Source: a virus
Lineage: Duplodnaviria; Caudoviricetes
Virus record (IMG/VR): IMGVR_UViG_3300032214_001459
Location: 430-64,429 of that record
DNA length: 64,000 bases
Direction: 5' to 3' (one strand)
Numbering within the stretch: the first letter of the stretch is position 1; each line of letters opens with the position of its first letter. Positions 48,474-59,200 of the stretch are shown here, one piece after another. The notes under the pieces were generated by a model. It saw only the letters and a program-made list of their open reading frames with translations, was not told where the DNA came from and made no database searches. The position numbers were made by a program, and so were the translations under genes.

Positions 48474-50141
48474 TTAGTCGATGTTGTTTTCGAGAAGCTG
48501 GAATTCAACAAGGGCCGCCATGAAATCTGCATCATTTACAACCTCGTCACTCTTTTCCTTGCTTCCTGCGAGCCAATTTGCAGGGATAAGACTCTCCAAC
48601 TTTAGCTCACGTGCTCTCTTCATGATGTGACGCTTAGCTTTGTCTTTATCCTTTGCTCTACCAAAAGCTTGAACAGCATTTCGTAGGTCGTTCTCAGATG
48701 CAATTGGGTACGAGCCATCTGGCATCGCCGAGCCCTCTTTGGACATCGACTCTCTCTGCTCATCGGTGAATGCTCTCTTAAGAGCAATCTCTGCTGCTTC
48801 TGCTTCAATCTCTTCTGCTTCTTCTGGCTCGTACTTGTCGTAACCGAGAATTTCTCCGTCCAAAGCAACAAAAACGTCATACGACTTTCCGTCAATTCCG
48901 TCAATTTCTACAGCGTATGCATCGAAGCCTTCAAAAACATCTGGCTCAACAGCAACTACGTGGCCTTCGATTGACTTAACGGCAATCTCTGCTGCTTCAG
49001 AAAAATCGACAAGCTTCAAACTCGTGTAGTCCGACTTCTGCTCAAATTCTTCTGAGTCAAGTTTATGGAATCCCATAATCTCAGCAGTTGTTCCATCAAC
49101 GAACACTTCTTTTACTGAGCCGTCTTTCGTCTGTACGTCGATGACGAACATGTCAGCGTCTGATGAATATCCAGAGTCAACCACGAAGCCATCGAATGCT
49201 TTTTCGGCAAGTCCCTCAACATGGAGTAGTCCTGGAAGACCCTTCTCTGATACACAACCGCCTGGGCAGTCATCGCAAACCGACATTCCTGCAGGGTGCG
49301 CTTTTCTGTCAAGAGCACAAACAAAACCATCAATGCCGATTTCTTCGGACTTGATTCCGAGCGAAGCAATACGCTCTTCTCTTAGGTTGTTCCAGTCTTC
49401 GTCTGCTGCATTAAAAAGAACTTGTTCATCAACTTCTTCCTCGGACTCAAGACCTTTCTCTGACATTTTCTTCATTTTGCGAACGTAATTCAATGCCTTC
49501 ATAATGTCGTCTTCTGACATTTCATCTTCAGGAACTTCTGTTTCTGCTGACACTTCTTCATCGATTTCTTCGTCAACAGCCATGCCGCCCTTTTCGCCCA
49601 TGCGACGACTCTTCATCCAGTTAAGCGCCTTTTCAAGCTCCTCTTCCGAAACGTCTTCATCGCCCATATCTTCTGCGACTACTTCTTCTTCATCTTCTTC
49701 TTCATCTTCTTCTTCATCTTCGTCGTCCTCTGCCATCATGTCCACCATCTGTGTGTCCATGCCTTTTTCTTCCGGCTTCTTAAGGTCTGGCTTCGTCATG
49801 CCAACGGCATCTTCTGGGACTTCACCGTCTCCAGTTACATCTTCTGATTCTTCGTCTTCTTCTTCGTTGCTTCCGTCTGGAAGAGAAATCATTTTCTTCT
49901 TCTTCTTTTTTGGCATTGAATTTTCAGCATCAACCATGTCGGCGTCGACCATGTCCTCCATAGGAACCATCTTCATCTGTAAAGGTGTTGCGCCACATTT
50001 TGCGCATAGTTCTGCACCCTTTACAAAGCCACATTCGGTAGGGGCGGCACCCTTGGCGCACTTCAGCACGTTTCCATCAGCATCGATGCTTACATTGGCC
50101 TTTTCGTCGTAGCTCATATGACTCCTGAAATTTGCAGGCAA
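48474..50141 (-). CDS. Acidic scaffold-like head protein with PepSY-like repeats
   Basis: Long E/D tracts; two PepSY-like segments (AAEIAVKSIEG.VV.VE...Y.VEI....DVFV...G); AMPDGSYPI...DLRNA motif; position after protease gene. Confidence 0.65.
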   Translation of the reverse strand: MPANFRSHMSYDEKANVSIDADGNVLKCAKGAAPTECGFVKGAELCAKCGATPLQMKMVPMEDMVDADMVDAENSMPKKKKKKMISLPDGSNEEEDEESEDVTGDGEVPEDAVGMTKPDLKKPEEKGMDTQMVDMMAEDDEDEEEDEEEDEEEVVAEDMGDEDVSEEELEKALNWMKSRRMGEKGGMAVDEEIDEEVSAETEVPEDEMSEDDIMKALNYVRKMKKMSEKGLESEEEVDEQVLFNAADEDWNNLREERIASLGIKSEEIGIDGFVCALDRKAHPAGMSVCDDCPGGCVSEKGLPGLLHVEGLAEKAFDGFVVDSGYSSDADMFVIDVQTKDGSVKEVFVDGTTAEIMGFHKLDSEEFEQKSDYTSLKLVDFSEAAEIAVKSIEGHVVAVEPDVFEGFDAYAVEIDGIDGKSYDVFVALDGEILGYDKYEPEEAEEIEAEAAEIALKRAFTDEQRESMSKEGSAMPDGSYPIASENDLRNAVQAFGRAKDKDKAKRHIMKRARELKLESLIPANWLAGSKEKSDEVVNDADFMAALVEFQLLENNID

Positions 50142-50257
50142 TCACCAGTTGGTGTCACCGTTTGTTAATGGTCTAAATTATAACCTACCACGCGCCTCTA
50201 CAATGGATTAGCAATATTTAGTCGTTTAGATGGAAATGTAGACCCTGGACCTTCGTC

Positions 50258-53200
50258 TTACTTCTTGTCTTTATCTTTCTTAAGGATAACTCTTTTACCG
50301 AGTTCGGAGGCGTCATCTCCATACAGAGTCCTGCCTTCCTCCCTCAATCTCTTTGTTGCATTGCGTAATTGTTCAGCACTAAATATGTCATCAATCTTGT
50401 AGTTAGTTCCAAAAATTTCATTAAAACGATTTACAACATTCTGTAGTTCGCCCTGACTGAATCTTCTTTCGTCACCAGTTTTCTTTGAGAATGTGGCTCC
50501 CTTTCTGGCAGCAACACCCTTGTGGGAGACCGTGAAGTCAGAAGAATTAAGGATGTAGTCCCTATTCCGTCTAGTGTTTTTGGCTTTATCGGCAGCGTGC
50601 TTTGACTGAGTAAATTCATACAGGGCTTCATACACGGAGTGCTTCGATGCTGCCAGCTCTTGGTCTAGCTTTTTGCCAGATTCATCTTTCTTCCATACCG
50701 ACTTTGCATCAGGAATCATCCCTGTTCTAATCATCTCATTTATATATGTAGTTGGGACTCCACCGGCCTCCCAGTTCCTGGCAATCTCTCTCGTATTCAG
50801 GCCGACATCGTCAACCCCGAAAGACTCGACCATTCTCCTCTTAAGCTCTTCATGCCACTTATCGCTCTTATCGATACCAAGTGATTCAAGGAGCTGGTCT
50901 ACGTCAAACTGCTCTCGGCTGGTCTTGTCTGATGGGGCTGAAGCTGCTTCTACGACAGACTGCTTAACCAGGTCGCTTGGAGTGTCATCTCCACCAAATA
51001 CTGCCTCTTCAAGAAGCATCTCTTCGGCCATTGAACCAAATTCAGACTCACCGCGCTTCTTGCTGAATATTCCAGTAGACCTGAATTTTCCGGTTTCACT
51101 TACTTCGCCAAGTGAGGCATATTCCTTTTGACTTATTACGCCGTTCTCTTCCTTGTCAATCCAATAAGGGAATGCGTCCTTGCCGAATGTCTCGATGATG
51201 AATCTGTCGCGCATATTGGCTCTACCAAGGTTTTCGACGAACTTTTCGGATGGGGTCATTTCACTGACTCCTTCTTCTTTTTCTGACGTTGGGGCGAATA
51301 GTCTCCAGGCATCAAACCCATCCTGCTTGCCAATTTCTGAAAGCAAGAAACGAACTGCGTCGTGGGTTACGCCAGCGTCGTCATCTGAAAGTTTTGCAAT
51401 ATCTGATTTACCTAGAGCCAGCATCTTCCCAAGCTCGTCGTTGTTCAGCGGACGTGTCTGTGTCCAACGCGCAATCATTCTACTGTTTGGGTTGTCTGGG
51501 TCCGATGGGTAGCTAGAGAACTCGGTTGGAATTCTTACTGCATCCCTAAGTTTTGAAACAGGGACAAACCATTCGTCTGGGTTTACTTCATCTTTTATTT
51601 GATTTGATGAAACTTTCCCAATTTTAACCTTTGGTCTTGCGGCCATGCCCTTAGATACTGAATTGATTACATTCTTTATTTCGATGTTTTTCCGTTCAGC
51701 TGTTGTGTCTTCTGGGTCAAGTGCGATTCCGCGCTCTCTAACTCCACGCCAAAACTTCATTGCGTATTCGAGTTTGCGCTTTGCCTTATCGTTTCTTCTA
51801 GGGTCACCGTCAATGCGTATTGCCGCAAGGTCGCGAGGGCCAGCTATATTCGCGGCAAATTTCTTTCCGCTAACACGCTGATTTTTTGCTCCAGCACCGA
51901 TATCGTCGCTGCCACTTGAAAGGCTTATTGCTCTCAGTCTTCGCGCGTATCTACCCTCGGGGGTATTTGCCCCAGAGGCGAGAGCTAGGTCGTCGAATTC
52001 TTCTGCAGATGGAGCTGGCTTGCGCTTTTTAGGGACCTTTTTTGAACGAAGTATGTTCCTATCTGCAACGCTTTGTCTGTCTTGTTCGTTGAATGGAAGG
52101 CGTCTATTTGCTCTATTTGTCTTCTTTTTAGCTCCTGAAGAAAGAGACAGAGAAAGTAAATCAGAATCGTCGCCGTTATCTCCGTCGTATTCATCGTCAT
52201 CCGGTCCGGCTACATCTTTGAAATCAGGGTCACCAGAGTCAAAACCGCCAGATTCGTCCTCCACTTCTGGTTCATCATCTTCTTCTGGAGCGACATCTTT
52301 AGTCTTTCCCTGTGACTTGACGTATCTATCGAAAGACTCATCCAATCTCTTTCTGCGTTCTTTTCTGGCAGCATCGCGTGCTTCTGTATCACCAGAGTAA
52401 GGAACGTAGAAACCAGCAGGGGCCTGAAGCTCGTCATATATTCCATCTGGATTTTCTGCAATTTTATCTTTTGCACTTTTTATAGATGCATTTTGTGAAT
52501 CATCAAAATAAAGTTTTGCAAGAACTGCGCCAATATCTATTTGCTCTTGAGCTCTGGTTATTGCAATATATACCTTGTTGTGCTCTTCTCTGCGCATCAA
52601 TTGCAGCTGTCTCTCGACAGCAAGTCTGTCCTTTGGACTTAACTTTGCTAATTCTTCTTCTGGTATTACTGGGACCATGTCTTCAGGATTTTTGAAATCA
52701 TCAGCGAGTCTGACCCTCTTCCACTCCCTGCCCTTGGAAACATGAACCGTCATAATGTCGGTATCTGTGTTCCCTTCCGTGGCAAGTTGTCTAACCCTAT
52801 TTCCTAGTTCATTGGCAAGACGCGCAGTTTCTTCGCTGTCTTTTCCTTGTATAAAGAACCCAGGAAGCGAAGCTCTTGGCACAGAACTATCTGGTAAATC
52901 ACCTTTCATTGGTGGGACAAAATCATCGGGTGTGTCTGATGGGAATGTCTGAGCTGTACCAACTTGCTGTATTAGTCCCTGCCTAAATTCAATTACAGCA
53001 TCTGGGTATTCTGCTTTCATCTTCTTTATGACTTTTGATATATCTCCGTGATAATCAATTTTTCCTGGTTTCCCATCTTCGATAGGGCCCCATGTTTTTT
53101 TAACTTTGTTCCATCTTCTGAACTTGTACTTTCCTCCATTTGCTCCTTCGCCAGCGATTATCAATGCCCCGGATGGCTTCCCATCATCTCCAATATGAAG

Positions 53201-56200
53201 TTTTACGAACACCTCACCATCAGACACGCTCTCTTCTTTTTTAGGTATTATCCAAGAGATTTTCTGGCTACTTCCAGCTTTTGTTCCAGGCTTAAGTTTC
53301 CCAACTCTGTCCATCTCGTCGGTAGTTATATAATCTTTACCAGATTCCATGTCAGGAAGGTTTATACCCTCGCGCATTGGTCTTAATCCCTGATACTTAA
53401 TCTCATTGCCATTTATGTCTGTATATTTTTGGCCCTGTGGACGGAGAAGGTCTTTAAAGAACCTAGCCCCCTTCGCATCTCCTCTTACTCCGCCATCCTT
53501 TGATTTAGGGTATGCAAGGTTGTGTAAAGTCCGGAGTTCTGATTCTCCACCCTTAATCATCTTGTCAATTTTTGCCAACATCTCGTCTTTTGATGGGTAT
53601 CTGCCCTTTTTCTTGTCAAATCTCCATACGTCTTTAAGTAGTTTCGATGGTTTTGGTCTTCCTTCGATTCCAAACTTCTTATCTAGGTCGCCAACAATCC
53701 AGTCGAGCTGAGTGAAGAAATCAAGAAACTTTTCATGCGTATCCGCAGGTATGCCTATGGCTGGAATTTTTCCGTCAGCTCCACCTGGGGCGTATTCATC
53801 TCTAAGCTCGTTGATGGACTTGAGCATCGAGTCTCTTCCATCTTTTTCCAGTATTTCTATAAGGTCTACAGCGACACCATCGAGGGTGTACTTCTCGGAA
53901 ACTGTTCTCAATCTTCCAGCTAGCTCTTGTGGATTTTTTATATCTTCTATTCCGTCAAGGTCCAGGTATGCAATTTGATGCGCATTGATGCCATCCTGGA
54001 TTACCTTCAATGCTTCAACCATTACTCCTGAGTTAGTCGAAGTTAGAACAGCATCGGCGCCAGTCATGTCCTCCACTATCTGACCTTCAGCGCGTGGAAC
54101 ATGTTCGTCGTAAAGTTTTGAAATGATGTCTTTTACTTCTTTTTCGTTTTTGCCCTTAAAGTCGACCGCTCTTCCGCCAAGCTTGTATTTAACTTCTATG
54201 AATCTAAGTTTCTTTTCAAGGTCTTTTTTAGGAAGTATTTTCCCATCTGGTCCGTTTATGTTGAGCGCGTTTATAACAACATTTTGCGCCTCGCCGACAA
54301 CATGGTGCCATATGTTTTTTTCTGGTGTTCCCATGTTTTGATAAAAGTTAAAATCGTCTATATTGCCTTGCATCAGCACGACATTGGCCAAATATGCAGG
54401 CATTGCTCCATACCGGAATGAACGTGTTAGAGGAAGTCTGAATGTTGCATTAGCTTTCTCCAGGGCATCCATGGCTCCTCTGAACCCATAGATTGCTTGA
54501 CGTGAGTCGCCGACCATTATTATTGGCATGTTCTTTGCATTGTCGGCAAGTACTTTTGCCAATACGGGGTTTACGTCTTGGGCTTCGTCGAACATGAATA
54601 CATCAAGAGGCTTATCACTCGTAACAGAAACAATCGATACAGTTCCGGTTACTTGTCTATTACCTGACAGCTCACCCTTTTTTGTTTCTTTCTTCGATGG
54701 AGGATTTAGCTTCCGTATTACTGCGGCAACCTTTTCTCCAGTTTCTGGAATCTTGAATTCTACAAGGTCACCAACCTTTATCTTTCCTGCATCCATGTCC
54801 TCAACGGTTCCAAGTTTGACTTTATCAAATACAGTTTCGTTTGGTCTATGGCCAATCAAACCTTTGTCATACCTGAGGTCTGGATTTGTTAGGGCCCACA
54901 TCTTGATTTGATAGTCCTGCGGGATGAGCACGTTTGATTTTGGGTCAACTGTTTCATCCCAAAGCATTTGTGCATATTGAACCATTTTTTCATCGATTGA
55001 ATCTTCGGTTGGTACTGGTTCGCCCTTTTGTAATGCCTGAATTTTTTCTATATCACGAAGTAGGAAATGTTGTTTTGACAGCTTCTCATCCGAACTTTCA
55101 GCAAACCTGCCAAGAGCTTTTTTGAGATTTTGGGAAATAGTAAAACCATCATCAGTTTCTTCGTCAACAATCCCATCTTTAGAAAGGCGTTCTGCGATAT
55201 TCGGTGCAGAGTCATAGCTTGTGTACCCAAGCTCTCTGTACCCTGGTATCTCTCCTGTGAATTCCTTTGTTTCTCCCTCAAACGTGGTTGCAACGTTTAC
55301 GGTGTTACGTTTTGCTCCTCGCAACTTCTTAGAGTCTCTTGGACCAACTCCAAGCTGTATCTTTCTAGTCGTTCCAGCCCCATAGAACGCATCTCCAGTT
55401 CCAAGAACAAGTGACCAATAAGCTATTTGGTTACCGGTTGCAACACCTGTATTTCTAGGCATTACTCTGTTGCCGTCTTTTGCATTTCCCCTGTTAAATA
55501 CTGTGTAGTAAATTTGCTTACCAGGGTAAAGTGCTGCAACAGCACGAGCATTCTGCTTGAGGTTAGTGGTCTTTCCGGAACCAGCGCCTGCACCAATTGC
55601 AACAATTCCTGATGTCTCACTTTCCAACATATGAACAAGCGTGTCTATTGAAGCCTTTTGTTGTTCTGTTGGTTCAAATTCATCAGGAAGGAACTTATAC
55701 TTTTCTCTATACGAGACAGAGTCGTCTAGTCTTGGAATCGTTGTTTTACCGTCAAGGCTGACGATTGGTTTTGCACCACTCGAAAGAGAAAGTGCTCCAG
55801 ATTCATCAAGAATCCTTCCACTGGAGTCTCTTTGAGTTATGCCTGAGCCATATTCTTTTTCATCGCCAAAGTATCTAAGTTCTTTTACTTTTCTAACACC
55901 AACTTGAGTGCCAGATGAAAGAGCGATTACAGAGTCCTTTGCCTCATCGGTTGCAGCGCCAACAGCTTCTGTGGCTTTTTCTGTAACATCTGGTTTACCT
56001 TTGCGCTCAGTGTCTGGAACACCTGCAAGTCTCCTCATCGTTGGAGACCTATCCATAATGTAATCAGCGGCTTGCTGCGCTTTTTCCATCGCCTTAATAA
56101 ATGCGCCTGGGTCTTCTTTGAGGTTTGAAATCCAACTCTTTATATAGACAACATGGTCTTTTCTTACTTCTGGTGTTATTCCGACTGCTGCTAGAAGAAA

Positions 56201-59200
56201 TGAAGAACCCATTTCTGCAATCAGCTCCTCTGATGCACGAATCTTTTTATTTTTTCCGTAATCTCTTACAGTTTGCCTATCTATACGTGCCGCGCCACCT
56301 GTCCAGTGAGTTAGTTCATGGAAGAGTGTTCCGTAATACTGTTCTGGAGACTTGAACATTTCGTACAAAGGCATCTGTATTAAATCTTCGCTTGGGGAAA
56401 AGAAAGCCCCATCTCCACCAAACTTAATGACTGGCTTAATTTCTTCTATTACTGCCTCAGCATCTTTTATTTTAAGTGCAGGGTCAAGACGTTCTTTGCC
56501 AACATCCAACAGCTTCTTTACGTATGCATCTGGGAGACCTTCAATGTCGTCCAAGTTGTATACAGTCTGAACAATAAAATATTTACCAGTAGAACCCTCT
56601 CTCGGGACAAGGATATTTACCCCATCCTTGCCATCCTTCACCTTCCCACCGAACTTCGCCCATTGCGTTTTGCCAGCCCAGAAATTTCCCCTGTATTTAT
56701 TTTGTCTATGAGAATTAGCGAGCAAGAGTGAGTTCATGCCCTGGTATAGGCGACTTCTTGTTGGGTTTTTTGCGTAAAGAGTAGGGGTTCTCCAAGGTAC
56801 GTCCCAGTACGTTGCAGTTGGATTTTTTTCCATCTCGATGAGAGCTTCAAGAATGGACTTTCCTATTTCGTCATAAATCTTTTTATTTTCACCAGATGAC
56901 AAAGAAAGACCATCAGCCTTATCGGCCAAGGTTTTTGATGCTGGCTTGTCGCCAAAGACACTGCCAGATGAAAGAGCCAAGTTGTACTCAGGGACCTTGT
57001 TGGTGTCTGACTCCATCTTCTCAATAGGAACACGACGCTTGGATTCTTTGCCAGCAGAAGCAATATCTTCAATGTACTTTTCTGTTATTGCAGAACGAGC
57101 ATTCCAGAGAGAATCCTGTTCTTTGGAAATCATTCTTGTTGCTACGTCGCTAGCTTCAATATTCTTCTTATCTTTAATCGTGGATACACGTGAATACTTA
57201 TTTATGTCGCCAATCCACTCATACGACCTATCGCGGATTGCTTCTAGCTTTCCTGCTTCATTGCTTCCAGGCTTTACTGACTCAAGTCTTACATTCGTAT
57301 CCCGAACGGTTGCCTTGTGCTTTGCTAAAGAGCCATTGTTGAGAGCATCCATGGCATCATCAACGATGTCCATATAATCCTGGAACTCATCGTCTCCACC
57401 AGTAACCAGGTCAAATGCCTTCTTTGTGTCAAAGCCATTAGCTTCAACTATTCCATCTCCACCGAGCATGTCTGCAATATCGGTTGTTATGTCATCTTTG
57501 ATTAGAGGGTTCTCTTCAAGGTAATCATGCACCTGGTCGAGTAATCCGTTTCCTTCATCGGTTGTTGTTATGTCGTAGTTGTAGTAGTCGCGACCCCTAC
57601 CACCAGAAGAGAGGGATGGGCTCTCTTCTGTCGCTGGCTTCGATGGGAGATTTCTTGAGTCTCTGCTTACGAGCTTTCCGCTACGTCTATCAACGAGTCT
57701 GTCTGCAAATTGATTTCCCTTGCCGAGCTTCCAGTATTCTTTGTTTTCACTATTGAGGTTTGCTGGCTTAAGGCTTGCCTGATATGCGAGTTCGCCAATT
57801 TCGTCAGCATAAACCTCGTCCCATTGCGCAAGGATTCTGTTGGTTCCCTTGTCTTTCCCTGTATTTATTTTCTGCTCAGCTCTGACGTAGTAGAGGTCTG
57901 GAACAGAGTTATACCCGATGACTACTTGCTGGTCCTTTGTGGAAGGAAGAATCATTTCATTCCCTCTACGCTCAACGCGGCCACCGGATATAGCCATTAT
58001 GTTCCCTCTGCCAATTTGATTCATTGTTTCGCGAAGGTCGAATCTGTCTGGCTCATATCCTCTAGAAGTGGCCCAGTCGTCGCTTGCCCCAGAAGAAAGT
58101 GATACGCCGTCTTTTTCTTTGCGCATTTTGCGCATGTGTCGTTGTTCGCGCTTTCTAACTTCCATTCTAGTTAGACCAAGCTCTTCCGCAACATCTTGCA
58201 GAGAAGCTCCAGTTGTCATTCTCTTGCGATAAATCTCTTCATCACTCATGTCTTTTGGCTTTTTGCGAGAAGTGACTTTTGGTCTTTCTTCTTCTGGGCC
58301 CATCATGTCAAGAAGAGTGTCGTAGAAATCTACATTTGTATCGCTCTCGTAATTTTCTTCGTCAAAATTTGGTCTTGTATCGTCGTCTGCTCCAGAAGAG
58401 AGGGAGAGTGAACTTCTCTTCTTTGCTTCTTTTTTCTTTCTTAATGGGACTGGCGATAATGAGTCAAAACCGTATTGACGCATCCAGTCGGATAGGCCAT
58501 CTTTCCCATCTGGACCAATACCCCTAAATCCAGTTGCATCTGGTCTGTTGTTATACATGAATTCATGCATCGCATCTTCCATGCCGTTGTAGAATTCGTT
58601 GTCATCACCACGTGATGCTTCAAGGAAGGTGCCAGCGCGCATAACCATTCCCGAATACCAATCTCGGTAATCGACAGAGGAAGTGTTTTTATCGCTAAAT
58701 TTTGCTGGACGTCTATTTGTATCGTCACCAAGCCACATGACTCTGGCTTGATTGACGCCCATCTCTCTTCCGCGTAGGTAATCAGGGGACCTGTAGGCAT
58801 CTGGCTTATATCTAGGAACATCAGTCCAGCCGTACCCGGAGTCTTTCCAGTCTTTAATTACTTCTTCAAACTTCTTACGCTTTTCAAGTTCTTCCGGAGA
58901 TACAAGTGACTCAAATTTTGGGTCACCAGAGTGGCGGGTGAGTCTCTTTTCCTGCTCACCAGAAGATAGCGATGGTGTTTTTTCTTTATCGGTTTTTGGC
59001 TTCTTGCTGAAGTCGAGTTCACCGCGTTTTACTTTTTCCTTCTTTGCAGGAGCTTTCTTCGCAACTGCTTTCTTCGCAGCTTTCTTTACTGGTTTTGCGT
59101 CGCCATCGAGAATGTCACTTACATCATCTGCTTCGTATTTTGGTTCTCTACTGGTAATCGTTTTGCCAGGCTTCTCCTTGCCGCCTTCGCCAGGGATATT

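Noticed and set aside
49680-49730. TCTTCA/TCTTCT microsatellite
   Set aside because: Simply encodes a poly-Glu/Asp tract of the acidic scaffold-like protein
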